Assembly (NCBI RefSeq): GCF_002305855.1
Contig: NZ_CP022163.1
Location: forward strand, 6,875,765-6,939,764
Source: Melittangium boletus DSM 14713
Lineage (GTDB): Bacteria > Myxococcota > Myxococcia > Myxococcales > Myxococcaceae
DNA: 64,000 nucleotides
Direction: 5' to 3'
Below the pieces are notes generated by a model. The model was given only the letters and a program-made list of their open reading frames with translations, was not told where the DNA came from and did not search any database. Positions 27,617 to 37,785 of this stretch are shown piece after piece (within the stretch, counting starts at the first letter, position 1; each line of letters opens with the position of its first letter). A program made the translations under genes and the position numbers.

Positions 27617-29269
27617 ATGAGCACGAAGGACAAGCGGGCGGTGAATCTGAACGCGGTGGGTTCCCTGGCGGTGTCGGTAGGGGAGCCCCCGCCGCCGCCC
27701 CGGAACGAGGTGCGCAACGACCTGGCCCGGGTGGAGTCGGAAGCGCGCTACCAGGGGGGTTGGCGGGCGGGCAAGCCGGCCGAGGACCCCGAGAAGATGA
27801 AGAAGTGGGGTCTCATCACCGCCCGGCCGAGCGAGTTCCTCATCCACATGCGCCGGGGCCGGGTGCGGGACGTGAGTGGGCAGGGCGCCTCGTGCTTCAA
27901 GCTGCCGGGCGACGCGGTGGCCATTGTCCCCACGAGCGTGCAGCGCCTGCGCTTCACCGCGGATCAGGTGACGAGCGAGAAGGTGGGCGTGCAGGTGACG
28001 GGGCTGGCGGTCTACCGGATCGTCGACCCCCTGGTGGCCTTCCGGATGCTCAACTTCTCCTTCCCCGAGCGGGCCCAGGAGAAGCTGCGCGAGCTGCTCG
28101 GGGAGATGTTCGTGGGCGCCGTGCGGCGGCTGGTGGCGAACCTCACCGTGGAGGAGTGCCTGACCCGGCGCAAGGAGGGGCTGGCCACGGAGCTGATGCG
28201 GGAGATCGCCCCGGTGGTGTCGGGCCGGGGGCGGCTGGAGGACAGCACGGACACGGGGTGGGGCGTGGTCCTGGACACGATTGAAATCCAGGACGTGCGG
28301 GTGCTGTCGGACACGGTGTTCGCGAACATGCAGGCGCGCTACCGCCAGGAGCAGGAGCGGGTGGCGCGCGAGGCGGAACTGGCCAAGGAGCGCTTCATCC
28401 GCCGCGAGGAAGCGGAGGTGGAGCGGCAGATCGCCCTGACGCGGCTGGCGACGGAGGAGGAGGTCCGCCACAAGCGCCAGGAGGCCGAGGAGCAGGCGAA
28501 GCTGGAGTCGCTGGCGGTCGAGTCGCGCGTGGAGGAAGCGCGAGTGGCCAAGGAGCGGGGGACGCGGCAGGCGCAGGTGGCGCTGGAGCGCGAGACGGCG
28601 CTGGCGAAGCTGAACGCCGAGCGCGAGGTGCGCGAGCAGAAGGCCCGGACGGACGAGGCGCAGGCGCTGACGCGGCTGGAGGCGGAGCGGCGGATGGCGG
28701 AGGCGCAGCAGGAGAACGAGCGGGCGCTGGCGGGAGCCCAGGCGCGAGCGGCCCTGGAGCGGATGAAGCTCGAGCAGGAGTCGGACGTGGCGCGCTTGGC
28801 GCACGAGCGTCGGATGAAGGGGCTTCAGGCGGAGGCGGAGGTGGCGGCGCTGTTGTACGAGCAGCAGACGCTGGCGGCTCGGCATGAGGCGCGGATGGCG
28901 GAGTTGCACCAGGAGGAGGAGCGGGCGCGCTCTCAGGCGAGGGCGGCCGAGGCCCGGTGTGCCATCGCCGAAGCGGAGCTGACCCTGGCGGAGCTGGATG
29001 CCCGCAAGGCGCGCATGGCGCAGGATCCAGAGTTGGCGAGGGCCAAGGCGTTGCGGGAAATCGAAAACACGCTGTCGCCCGAGTCGATTCAACTGGTGTT
29101 GGCGCAGCAGTTGCCGCAACTGGCGGCGGCCTTCCAGCAGAACATGGGTGAAGTGCACGTGACGGCGGTGGATGGAGCCAATCCCTTTGGATACATCGCC
29201 GCGGCGGTGGAGGGCGTCATGGGCCTGGCTCGCTCGGCGGGCTTGCAGGTGCCCGCGAAGAAGGAGTGA
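27617..29269 (+). CDS. SPFH/band-7 (flotillin-like) protein
   Basis: SPFH N-terminal domain, then a long EA-repeat coiled-coil (flotillin domain). The start is set at the Met of MSTKDKRAV. Confidence 0.8.
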   Translation: MSTKDKRAVNLNAVGSLAVSVGEPPPPPRNEVRNDLARVESEARYQGGWRAGKPAEDPEKMKKWGLITARPSEFLIHMRRGRVRDVSGQGASCFKLPGDAVAIVPTSVQRLRFTADQVTSEKVGVQVTGLAVYRIVDPLVAFRMLNFSFPERAQEKLRELLGEMFVGAVRRLVANLTVEECLTRRKEGLATELMREIAPVVSGRGRLEDSTDTGWGVVLDTIEIQDVRVLSDTVFANMQARYRQEQERVAREAELAKERFIRREEAEVERQIALTRLATEEEVRHKRQEAEEQAKLESLAVESRVEEARVAKERGTRQAQVALERETALAKLNAEREVREQKARTDEAQALTRLEAERRMAEAQQENERALAGAQARAALERMKLEQESDVARLAHERRMKGLQAEAEVAALLYEQQTLAARHEARMAELHQEEERARSQARAAEARCAIAEAELTLAELDARKARMAQDPELARAKALREIENTLSPESIQLVLAQQLPQLAAAFQQNMGEVHVTAVDGANPFGYIAAAVEGVMGLARSAGLQVPAKKE

Positions 29270-29305
29270 CCCGGGTAAGATGGGAAGGCGGGAGGAAGCT
29301 CGGCC

Positions 29306-30874
29306 ATGTTGATGTCTCTGCTGATGGGAAGCGGTCCCTGCCCTTGTTGCGCCTACTCGCGGGCGGCGTCGTTGCTGCCCTTCTGGCCGTTCCAATCGGT
29401 GCGTCGGCCCTTGGTCCGCGGCGCGAGCGAGTCGCGTTCGCGTGCCGAGCCGATGCTCTCCGAGGAGCTCCACATCGACGGCGCGACCATTGTCGATCCT
29501 CGCGACGGCGGCAAGACGGCAGGGATGACCGTCATCACCCAGGGGGGACGGATCGTCGACGTCGTGCCCGTTGGCTCGATGCGGCCACGTCCTTCGGTCC
29601 AGGTTGTCGACGCGACCGGCAAGTTCATCGTCCCGGGCTACAACGACATGCACTCCCACGTGCTCGAGCTGGAGGATCCATCGGGCGGGCTCGCCCTGAT
29701 GCTGGTGGAGGGGGTGACCGGCTTTCGGCAGATGTCAGGCTCGCCCGGGCTGCTGGAGCTGCGGCGCAACGGCGACCTGCCGATCGGGAAGGAATCACCC
29801 GCGCTGCTGGAGACGCCAGGCTCGATCCTCACGCCCTTCAACGCGGGCTCGGTCGAGGAGGTCGTCGCGGAGATCCGGCGGCAGAAGGACCAGGGCGCCG
29901 ACTTCGTCAAGTTGGGCCTGACGAGCCCGGAGGTATTCTTCGCGGCGATCGCCGAGGGCAAGCGGGTGGGGATCCCGATTCTTGGGCATCTCCAGGAGGG
30001 GACCGACGCGCTCGAGGCGTCACGCGCCGGCTTCCGCTCGATCGAGCATCTGGGGCCCGGCAGCACGATCTGGGTCAGTTGCTCCTCTCAGGAGGAGATG
30101 CTCCGCGCCGACAGTTATAAGCGCCCCTTCATCAAGGCGCCGCCGATAAAGATTCCGTTTCTCGAGCGCCTCATCATGCGCCGCTTCCGCACCCTGCTCA
30201 TCAACCCGGTGGCGTTCGCTCATCCGGGTGACGCGGCCCGGCTCGGACTCGCGATCGACACCTTCAGCGAGGCCAGGTGCGACTCGGTGGCCGAACACTT
30301 CGTGACGGACGGCATCTGGCACGTCCCGACGCTGGTGCGCTTGCGCACGCAGGAACTCGCGGACGAGCCGAACTACGAGCGCGACGAGCTGCTGCAATAC
30401 ATGCCGCGAGAGAACGTCAAGAAGTGGCGCCAGGTGACGGAGCGGTTCAAGAAGCTGCCGCGGGACATGCTGGGCACGTTCCGTAAGGCCTATCCGCGTC
30501 AGCGTGCGCTGGCCAAGCGCTTCGCCGACTCCGGGGTCCGCATGATGGTCGGGACCGACGGCGGGGCGCTGATGGGCCCCGGGCTGACGCTGCGGCAGGA
30601 GTTCGCCGAACTGGCCGAGGCGGGGTTCTCGCCACTCAAGATCCTCCAAATGGCGACGATCAACCCCGCCGAGTATCTCGGCCGCCGCGACACGATGGGC
30701 ACGATCGAGCGCGGGCGCGACGCGGACATGGTGCTGCTCGACGCCGACCCGCTGGAGCGGGTGGAGAACCTTCACCGCATCGCGGGGGTCGTGCGGGCGG
30801 GCTTCTATTATTCGAGCCGCGATCTGAATGCCTTGCGGTCACGCGTCGCCTCGACCCGTGGCTACCTCCACTGA
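29306..30874 (+). CDS. amidohydrolase family protein
   Basis: DMHSHV metal-binding motif, HLQEG, and a TIM-barrel amidohydrolase layout. RBS GGGAGGA 9 nt upstream. Confidence 0.7.
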   Translation: MLMSLLMGSGPCPCCAYSRAASLLPFWPFQSVRRPLVRGASESRSRAEPMLSEELHIDGATIVDPRDGGKTAGMTVITQGGRIVDVVPVGSMRPRPSVQVVDATGKFIVPGYNDMHSHVLELEDPSGGLALMLVEGVTGFRQMSGSPGLLELRRNGDLPIGKESPALLETPGSILTPFNAGSVEEVVAEIRRQKDQGADFVKLGLTSPEVFFAAIAEGKRVGIPILGHLQEGTDALEASRAGFRSIEHLGPGSTIWVSCSSQEEMLRADSYKRPFIKAPPIKIPFLERLIMRRFRTLLINPVAFAHPGDAARLGLAIDTFSEARCDSVAEHFVTDGIWHVPTLVRLRTQELADEPNYERDELLQYMPRENVKKWRQVTERFKKLPRDMLGTFRKAYPRQRALAKRFADSGVRMMVGTDGGALMGPGLTLRQEFAELAEAGFSPLKILQMATINPAEYLGRRDTMGTIERGRDADMVLLDADPLERVENLHRIAGVVRAGFYYSSRDLNALRSRVASTRGYLH

Positions 30875-31101
30875 CACCGTCGGCCGCCGGCCGGGCCAGA
30901 CCGGAAGCACGGAGGGAGTCATCGCGATGTATTGGAATGGCAGTACCCGCTTGTTCTGTCGAGCGCAGCCCATCCATCCTGAGCATGAGATTCATGTTTC
31001 GCTGAAATTTTTTCCTTGAGGGCGCAAGGGTGACTGGTTGCGTCAATTGCCGGGAAAACAATTATTCGGCGTTTTCCTTGGAATCATGTTAATACGTGCT
31101 C

Positions 31102-32001
31102 ATGACCATGATTACCCATTCGAAGCGTCCGAGCGGTTTCAAGCAGCTTTTCGCGTTGGGTCTGAGCGGCACGATGCTGCTCACCGCGGGATGTGGCGGC
31201 GAGATGGAGCAGCCCGTCCAGGAGCCGACCGCGCAGCAGGAGCAGCCCCTGGCGGGCTGGGTGCAGATCTGGAGCGATGAGTTCAACGGCACCAGCGTGG
31301 ATCAGTCCAACTGGTCGTACATCACCAACATCCACGTCAACAACGAGCAGCAGCAGTACACCACCTCGTCGCAGAACGTGTCGGTGAGCAACGGCACGCT
31401 CAAGCTGACCGCCCGCCTGCAGTCCAGCAACGGCTATCCTTTCACCTCGGGCCGCCTGGAGAGCGCGGGCAAGCGCCAGTTTGGCCACACCCGCATCGAG
31501 GCGCGCATCAAGATGCCGGTGGGCCCGGGCCTGTGGCCGGCCTTCTGGCTGCTCGGCAGTGACATCAACTCGGTGGGCTGGCCCGCGTGCGGCGAGCTCG
31601 ACATCATGGAGAACGTTGGCTACGGCGACTGGGTTTCGGGCGCGCTGCATGGCCCGGGCTACTCGGGCAACACCCCCATCAACGCCCGTTTCTACCCCAA
31701 TTCCTCGGTGAGCAACTTCCACGTGTACCGCACGGAGTTCTCCCCCACGGACATCAAGTGGTACATCGACGGCAATCTGGTGAAGACCACGCAGAAGTCG
31801 GAGGTCACCCGGTACGGCAACTGGGTGTATGACAAGCAGTTCTTCATCATCCTCAACCTGGCGGTGGGTGGCACCTATCCGCAGGGCGTGAACGGCGCGT
31901 CCTCTCCGTACCCGGGTGTGCCGCAGTCCACGGCGGACCTCATCCGCAAGACGCCCCAGACGATGGAAGTCGACTGGGTTCGCGTCTATCAGTGGCAGTA
32001 A
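31102..32001 (+). CDS. glycoside hydrolase family 16 lipoprotein (laminarinase/beta-glucanase-like)
   Basis: GELDIME catalytic motif (ExDxxE). Lipobox LTAGC. The gene body has lower GC and an AT-rich upstream region. Confidence 0.8.
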   Translation: MTMITHSKRPSGFKQLFALGLSGTMLLTAGCGGEMEQPVQEPTAQQEQPLAGWVQIWSDEFNGTSVDQSNWSYITNIHVNNEQQQYTTSSQNVSVSNGTLKLTARLQSSNGYPFTSGRLESAGKRQFGHTRIEARIKMPVGPGLWPAFWLLGSDINSVGWPACGELDIMENVGYGDWVSGALHGPGYSGNTPINARFYPNSSVSNFHVYRTEFSPTDIKWYIDGNLVKTTQKSEVTRYGNWVYDKQFFIILNLAVGGTYPQGVNGASSPYPGVPQSTADLIRKTPQTMEVDWVRVYQWQ

Positions 32002-32019
32002 TCCCCGGAGACGGGTAAC

Positions 32020-32051
32020 GCCGCTTGGATGGGGAATGACCTCCAAGCGGC
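32020..32051. terminator. hairpin (GCCGCTTGGA / TCCAAGCGGC) between convergent genes; no clear T-tract
   Basis: 10-bp perfect stem with a 12-nt loop between the GH16 stop and the LysR stop. Confidence 0.3.
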
Positions 32052-32123
32052 GCTTCATACGCCTACCGCTATGCGGTGAACGGACCGTGGTGTGCGTGGG
32101 ACAGGGAGTTGGGACGGCATGAG

Positions 32124-33056
32124 TCAGGGGTTCAGCGACTTCTCGGCCCGGAGCCGCTCCACCGCGAAGTCGACGAAGGCACGCACCCGGGCATTGGCTC
32201 GCCGCCCCTCGGGGTATACGACGTGAATCGGAAGGGGCGGGGGCTCGAAGTCCTCGAGCACGATTCGCAGCTGCCCCGCGCGCAGCTCCGGGGCGATTTG
32301 ATAGGAGAGCACTCGGGTCAGCCCCCGCCCGGCCACCGCCGCGGCGATGGCGACCTCCGTGGTGTTGACGATCAGCCGCGTGGGTGGGCTGACCGTCTGG
32401 TTCCTCGTCCCCGATGCGAATGCCCAGGGTTGCGGGGCCACGGTGGACGAGAGCGTGAACGCCTCGAAGCGCGACAGCTCGGCCGGGGTCCGCGGGATGC
32501 CATGCTCGGCCAGGTACCGAGGGGACGCGCAGACGACCCGCCGCACTGAACCCACCCGGACAGCGGTCAACGTCGAGTCCTCCAGGTGGGCGATCCGGAT
32601 GGCGACGTCGAGCCCCTCGTCCACCAGGTCGACAACGCGATCCACGAGCAGCGTTCGCGCCATGACGCGCGGATGCCGGGCCAGGAAGTCGAGCAGGAGG
32701 GGGGCGATGAACATCCGCCCGAACATCAGGGATGCCGTGACCCCGAGCTGACCTCGAGGCTCGGTATGGGAGCCCGCGGCCGAAGCCTCGGCCTCTTCGA
32801 GCTCCCCGAGGATGCGCTTGCAGTCGGCGAGGAAACGGGTGCCCGTCTCCGTCAGGCGCACGATGCGCGTTGTGCGATGAAGGAGCCTCGTGCCGATGCG
32901 CTCCTCAAGCGCCGCGATGGCCCGGGTCACCGCTGGCGGCGACATCGCCAGACGCCGGGCCGCGGACGCGAAGCCCGCTTCCTCCGCCACCGTGACGAAT
33001 ACACGCAAGGTCTCGAGACGATCCACGCGATCATTCCGCGGCGTGGAACGGTGCAT
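32124..33056 (-). CDS. LysR family transcriptional regulator
   Basis: N-terminal HTH (LETLRVFVTVAEEAGFASAARRLAMSPPAVTRAIAALE) and a LysR substrate-binding domain. It is divergent from a GST gene. Confidence 0.85.
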   Translation of the reverse strand: MHRSTPRNDRVDRLETLRVFVTVAEEAGFASAARRLAMSPPAVTRAIAALEERIGTRLLHRTTRIVRLTETGTRFLADCKRILGELEEAEASAAGSHTEPRGQLGVTASLMFGRMFIAPLLLDFLARHPRVMARTLLVDRVVDLVDEGLDVAIRIAHLEDSTLTAVRVGSVRRVVCASPRYLAEHGIPRTPAELSRFEAFTLSSTVAPQPWAFASGTRNQTVSPPTRLIVNTTEVAIAAAVAGRGLTRVLSYQIAPELRAGQLRIVLEDFEPPPLPIHVVYPEGRRANARVRAFVDFAVERLRAEKSLNP

Positions 33057-33107
33057 TGTCAAGAACGCTCATTCCGCTTCCGGGTGGCAACGAGCATCTT
33101 GCCGTTC

Positions 33108-33743
33108 ATGACCCAGCCCCTTCGCCCCATCCGTCTCTATCGTCACGCCCTGTCCGGTCATTCTCACAGGGTCGAGCTGTTCCTGTCTCTGTTGAAGCTC
33201 CCGTTCGAGCTCGTCGACGTCGATCTCCTGAAAGGAGAGCAGAAGTCCCCCGGATTCCTGGCCAAGAACCTGTTCGGCCAGGTGCCAGTGATCGAAGACG
33301 GAGAGGTGACGCTGGCCGACAGCAACGCCATCCTCGTCTATCTCGCGACGCGGTATGACCCATCGGGGCGTTGGCTCCCGCGCGAGCCGGTCGCGGCGGC
33401 GCGAGTGCAGCAGTGGCTCTCGGTCGCGGCCGGACCGCTCGCGTCGGGTCCCGCGACGGCGCGCCTGGTCACCGTGTTCGGCATGAAGCTCGACGCCGAG
33501 CGTGCGAAGGAGATCGCCTCCCAGCTCTACACGGTGCTCGACTCGCATCTGGCCACCCGGAGCTTTGTCGCCGGGGACGCGCCGACCCTCGCCGACGTGG
33601 CGCTCTATTCCTATACCGCCCACGCTCCCGAGGGAGGCGTGTCGCTCGAGCCCTACGGCAACGTCCGGGCGTGGCTCGCTCGCATCCAGGCGTTGCCCGG
33701 CTTCATACCGATGCCGCGGACGCCGACCCAATACGCGGCCTGA
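33108..33743 (+). CDS. glutathione S-transferase
   Basis: Thioredoxin-like N-domain (QVPVIEDGEVTLADSNAILVYL) and a GST C-domain. 211 aa. Confidence 0.8.
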   Translation: MTQPLRPIRLYRHALSGHSHRVELFLSLLKLPFELVDVDLLKGEQKSPGFLAKNLFGQVPVIEDGEVTLADSNAILVYLATRYDPSGRWLPREPVAAARVQQWLSVAAGPLASGPATARLVTVFGMKLDAERAKEIASQLYTVLDSHLATRSFVAGDAPTLADVALYSYTAHAPEGGVSLEPYGNVRAWLARIQALPGFIPMPRTPTQYAA

Positions 33744-33764
33744 TCCGTCGCGGGAGGTCCTGTC

Positions 33765-34787
33765 ATGCCGCCGAATGCTCCATCGAATGTCCCCGGTGCT
33801 CCGCCGCCGGGGTGGCCTCTCGAGCGATCGCCGTTCCACGCCGGCGAGCAGGCCGTGCAGGAACGGGTCGGGATGCGCGACCGTCTCGAGCAGACGGGGC
33901 GTAAGTTCATCCGCTCGTTCATGCCGGACCCTCACCGTGAGCTGTTCCGCGAGCTGCCCTTCCTGCTGGTCGGCGGTCTGGATGGCGAGCGGCGTCCCTG
34001 GGCCTCCCTCCTCGTGGGAGCACCCGGCTTCGTGACCTCGCCGGACTCGAGGACGCTCGTGATCTCCGCGCGCCCTGGTTTCGGAGATGCTTTGGGCCGC
34101 AACCTCACGCTGGGCGCGCCCCTGGGCCTTCTGGGCATTCAGCTCGAGACACGCCGCCGCGTCCGGATGAACGGAACGGTGGTGGAGCTCGGAGAGGGCC
34201 GGTTCGCCGTCCAGGTCGAGCAGAGCTTCGGCAACTGCCCGCGGTACATCCAGGCACGGGAGCCAGTCTTCGTGGCCGAGCCCTCTTGTGTCACCGAGCC
34301 GCGGCCGGTGTGGACGGAAGGCCCGTTGCTGTCGGGTGTCAGCGCCGGGCTCATCGAGCGCGCGGATACGTTCTTCATCGCGACGGCGTCCCCGGTGGCA
34401 CGCGGGGGAGATCCAGTCGAGGGCGTCGACGTCTCGCATCGCGGAGGCAAACCCGGCTTCGTGCGTGTGACGGAAGAGGCCGGCCGCACCGTCCTGACGG
34501 CTCCGGACTTCAGCGGCAACCTTCAGTTCAACACGCTGGGCAATCTGCTCCTCAACCCGCGAGCCGGCCTGCTGTTCGTTGATTTCACCTCGGGTGGGAT
34601 CCTCTCTCTGACGGGTGAGACGGAGATTGTCTGGGAGGGGCCCGAGGTCGAGGCCTTCACGGGGGCGGAGCGGCTCCTGCGCTTCCGTGTCACCGAAGGG
34701 ACGTGGATCGAGAACGGCGTGCCGCTCCGCTGGTCCGCGCCACGGCCCGCTCCGCAGCTCAGCAGCACCGGCTCCTGGTCGCGTTGA
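33765..34787 (+). CDS. pyridoxamine 5'-phosphate oxidase-like FMN-binding split-barrel protein
   Basis: Split-barrel-like repeats and a 22-nt gap after the GST stop (co-operonic). The family call is moderate. Confidence 0.55.
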   Translation: MPPNAPSNVPGAPPPGWPLERSPFHAGEQAVQERVGMRDRLEQTGRKFIRSFMPDPHRELFRELPFLLVGGLDGERRPWASLLVGAPGFVTSPDSRTLVISARPGFGDALGRNLTLGAPLGLLGIQLETRRRVRMNGTVVELGEGRFAVQVEQSFGNCPRYIQAREPVFVAEPSCVTEPRPVWTEGPLLSGVSAGLIERADTFFIATASPVARGGDPVEGVDVSHRGGKPGFVRVTEEAGRTVLTAPDFSGNLQFNTLGNLLLNPRAGLLFVDFTSGGILSLTGETEIVWEGPEVEAFTGAERLLRFRVTEGTWIENGVPLRWSAPRPAPQLSSTGSWSR

Positions 34788-34848
34788 ACTCCAAGCATCG
34801 GCCACCTGGCTTCCGTTCGTCAGTGAACGGTGTATCATCCTGAAATTA

Positions 34849-36012
34849 ATGTCGATGAGTGAGCCGCAGGCGCGAACGTTGGAACCGCACGTATTGGTCC
34901 TTGACAAGCAGCAGAGCTACAAGCGCCCGGAGGAAGATGCCCTCATCCGCATGCTCCGGGAGGGATGCCGTCACTTCGCCATCCATTGTCTTCCCTATCG
35001 GCTCTCACCGGTCGTCCTGGGTCTTCCCGGGTTGGTCCTCCACGTGTTCCTGCTCGCCGCCGTCCATACCTTCGAGCGCGCACGGTGGATGTATGGGCTT
35101 TGGGTGATCTGCCGGGTGCTCCACTTCTGTCTGGATTCCATGGATGGCACCCTGGCCCGGCGCAATGGGACACAATCGACCGCACGCCACTTCTGGGATC
35201 ACTGGGTCGACGTGGCGAACTCGGCGATGGCGGTGATGATCGTGGCTCAACTCGGTCCGCGGCAGAGCCTCTACTTCGTGCCCTACGTCTTGTTGACCGC
35301 CACGGGCCAGTTGTTCTTCTACCTGGGGCTGTGCCGCTACTTCGCGACGGGCATCATGCGGGACCCCTACATCAACCACCTGTGGAACTATGTCTTCTGT
35401 CTGTTCCTGGGGCTGGCCGTCTGTATTCACGACGTGGCGATTCTCTCGGATCGCGACTTCCAACTCGCCTACACCCTCTTGAGCCTCGTGGTCTTCGGGT
35501 GCGGCTTCTGGTGCCTGCTCCAGGACCTGGTGCTCATGTTCCGCTCGCGGCTGTCATCTGTCCGCTTCTACGTGCGGATTCTCGCGGCGCCAGCCCTCAT
35601 CCTCGGCATCTATGGGGTCTGGATGCGGCACTGGAGCGATGTCTTCTCCGCCCGGGCCCTGGTGGCTGTCGCGATGAGCAGTCTCGCGGTGGGCGTCCAC
35701 GCGCGCCAGCTCGTCAACAAGTCTCCCGCCTGGTTGACGGTCGAGGGCGCGTTGTTCCTCCTGGTGCTTCCCCTGTCGGCATTGCCCTCATCGCTCGAAC
35801 CCGTGGGTCGCCGGGGGCTCTTGGTGGTGATGGTGCTGACGATGGTCATCAACCTGTTCCGCTACCTCCGGGAGATGATCGCCCAATACCCGGAGATTGG
35901 ATTTCCGTGGGTCTGGCTGCCCTCGACGTACAATCCGGTGCGCCTGAACGTGAGCAACAAGCCCACCTGGGGTCGAGACGGAAGTCGAGCGTCAGAAGCC
36001 CCTCAAGGTTGA
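34849..36012 (+). CDS. CDP-alcohol phosphatidyltransferase family membrane protein
   Basis: LDSMDGTLARRNG motif (D-x2-DG-x2-AR) and multiple TM helices. There is an AT-rich promoter-like patch upstream. Confidence 0.55.
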   Translation: MSMSEPQARTLEPHVLVLDKQQSYKRPEEDALIRMLREGCRHFAIHCLPYRLSPVVLGLPGLVLHVFLLAAVHTFERARWMYGLWVICRVLHFCLDSMDGTLARRNGTQSTARHFWDHWVDVANSAMAVMIVAQLGPRQSLYFVPYVLLTATGQLFFYLGLCRYFATGIMRDPYINHLWNYVFCLFLGLAVCIHDVAILSDRDFQLAYTLLSLVVFGCGFWCLLQDLVLMFRSRLSSVRFYVRILAAPALILGIYGVWMRHWSDVFSARALVAVAMSSLAVGVHARQLVNKSPAWLTVEGALFLLVLPLSALPSSLEPVGRRGLLVVMVLTMVINLFRYLREMIAQYPEIGFPWVWLPSTYNPVRLNVSNKPTWGRDGSRASEAPQG

Positions 36013-37785
36013 CTTTGCGCGGGGAGGGAGCCACAGCACGAACCGCGCTCCACCCTCCGCCACGCGCTCGTGGCGGAGGTCCGCCTTCATGCTCCGCGCC
36101 AGCCTCCGGCAGAGGGCGAGTCCCAGCCCCACGCCCGGCGCCGTCTTCGCCGCTGTCTGCACGGACTTGGAGAAGGGCTCGAAGAGGCGCCGTGCCGTCA
36201 CCGCGTCCACGCCGGGCCCGTGGTCCCTCACCGCCAGGCCTACCCGGCCCCGGCGCCGCTCCACCTCCACGTGGATGCGCCGGTCCACCGCCGGGGCCGC
36301 GTACTTGGACGCGTTGTCCACCAGGTTGAAAAGCACCTGCTCCACGGCGGAAGGGTCCGTCAGCACCGCGACGCCCGCCGGCACGTCCACGCACAGCTCC
36401 ATGTCCGCCTGCGCCGCCCGCTGTGCCAGCCGCTCCTCCATCCGGCCCACCATGGAGCGCACGTCCACCGGCTCCAGCCGGGCCGGCGCCCGCCCGCGCT
36501 CGATGCGGGCGTAGGCCAGCACGTTCTCCACCAGGTGGCTCAGCCGCTCCGCCTCGCGGTGGAGGATGTCGAAGTACTCCTGGCGCCGGGCCTCGTCCGG
36601 CACCATGCCCGCCGCCAGCATCTCCGTGTACATCCGGAACGTCGTCAGCGGCGTGCGCAGCTCGTGCGTCACCGCGGAGACGAACGCGCCCCGCCTCTCG
36701 CTCAGCGCCACCACGCCCACGAGGAGCGCCACCACCGCCGCGCCCGCCAGCAGCACGCCGCTCCATGCCACCGTCAGCACCACCGGCAGCGAGGAGATGG
36801 ACGCCGCGCCATACCCGCCCTCCGGCACCTGCCCCAGCACCAGCCGCACCGGCAGCGCCGCCAGCATCCGGCCATCTCCGTGCGTCGGCCTGCCCGCGAC
36901 GGGCTCCAGCATCGCGGAGGGCAGCAGGTCGACAATCTGGCCCACCAGCCACGTGCGCAGCGCGGGCCAGTCCAGCCAGCAGCCCTGGATGTACTCCCGC
37001 CCGTCCAGCCAGACGCGCCGCCCCAGGAGCAGCGTGTCCCCCACCCAGAGGGCCTTCATCGCGGTTTCATCCTCCCGCTGGCGCCGCACGGGGGCGCGCT
37101 GGAGGTTGTCCTCGTAGGAGTTCGAGTTGGAACTGCTCACGCCCCGGAGGGCCTGGCTCGCGCTCCGGGAGCGGGCGCTGAACTCGCTCACGTTCTTCGC
37201 CACCTGGGAGATCTCGGCGAGCGTGCTCTCGTAGCGAACCTTGGGCTCGTGACGCCGGACCCGCGGGGGCGGTTCGCTCAGGGCCCGTCGGAGATCCGTA
37301 CCGCCCAGGAGGCCGCGCAGCTTCCCCAGCCGGGCCTCCAACGCGGCCTGCTCGGACGCGGGCAGCGTGGCGCCCACCGACTCGCGCAGCCCGGGCTCCA
37401 CCACTTGGGGTGAGGACACCGTTCCGTCCGGGGCCACCTGGAAGTGGAGCAGCACATGCTCCGGGAGTGGGGCCAGCAGCGGTGAGGCCAGCAGCGCCTC
37501 GCCCTCCGGCATGGGACGCAGCTTCGAGTCGAGCACCCCGCGCGCCGCGGACACGGGGCGGTAGGCCTCCGGGGCCACCGCGCTCTCGCGGGCCACCAGC
37601 GGCAGCAGGTCCGAGTCCAGTCGCCACAGCGCCAGCCGCGCGTTCTCCTCCCTCGCCGCGCTCTCCCGGGCCTGACGGTCCGCGCGGTCCAGCCGGAGGG
37701 CGAAGGCGGACAGCGCCACCACGCCCGCCAGCGCCAGGCACAGGCACGCGCTCACGGCGATCCAGATGCGCCAGGAGCGAATCAC
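35992..37785 (-). CDS. sensor histidine kinase (GTG start overlapping the upstream stop)
   Basis: Periplasmic sensor region between two TM helices, then an H-box (AVTHELRTPL) and N/G-boxes (FNLVDNASKYA, DHGPGV, GVGLGLAL). Confidence 0.8.
   Translation of the reverse strand: MIRSWRIWIAVSACLCLALAGVVALSAFALRLDRADRQARESAAREENARLALWRLDSDLLPLVARESAVAPEAYRPVSAARGVLDSKLRPMPEGEALLASPLLAPLPEHVLLHFQVAPDGTVSSPQVVEPGLRESVGATLPASEQAALEARLGKLRGLLGGTDLRRALSEPPPRVRRHEPKVRYESTLAEISQVAKNVSEFSARSRSASQALRGVSSSNSNSYEDNLQRAPVRRQREDETAMKALWVGDTLLLGRRVWLDGREYIQGCWLDWPALRTWLVGQIVDLLPSAMLEPVAGRPTHGDGRMLAALPVRLVLGQVPEGGYGAASISSLPVVLTVAWSGVLLAGAAVVALLVGVVALSERRGAFVSAVTHELRTPLTTFRMYTEMLAAGMVPDEARRQEYFDILHREAERLSHLVENVLAYARIERGRAPARLEPVDVRSMVGRMEERLAQRAAQADMELCVDVPAGVAVLTDPSAVEQVLFNLVDNASKYAAPAVDRRIHVEVERRRGRVGLAVRDHGPGVDAVTARRLFEPFSKSVQTAAKTAPGVGLGLALCRRLARSMKADLRHERVAEGGARFVLWLPPRAKSTLRGF

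Noticed and set aside
27467-29659. 730-aa minus-strand ORF across the flotillin gene
   Set aside because: Arg/Leu/Gln-rich low-complexity translation antisense to a motif-supported SPFH/flotillin gene.
29266-30120. Alternative frame with a signal-peptide-like segment (LPLLRLLAGGVVAALLAVPIGASA) upstream of the amidohydrolase, suggesting a frameshifted secreted enzyme
   Set aside because: GC3 analysis favours the 29306 frame throughout, including the N-terminus (about 80% vs 60%), and that frame has a GGGAGGA RBS. The signal-like string is most likely fortuitous.
32020-32051. Strong rho-independent terminator call for the GH16/LysR hairpin
   Set aside because: The stem is perfect but no U-tract follows on either strand, so it is kept only as a low-confidence hairpin.
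35849-36952. 367-aa minus-strand Gly/Ala/Arg-rich ORF and several similar ORFs across 36070-37747
   Set aside because: Overlap the histidine kinase gene in other frames. Pure compositional repeats.
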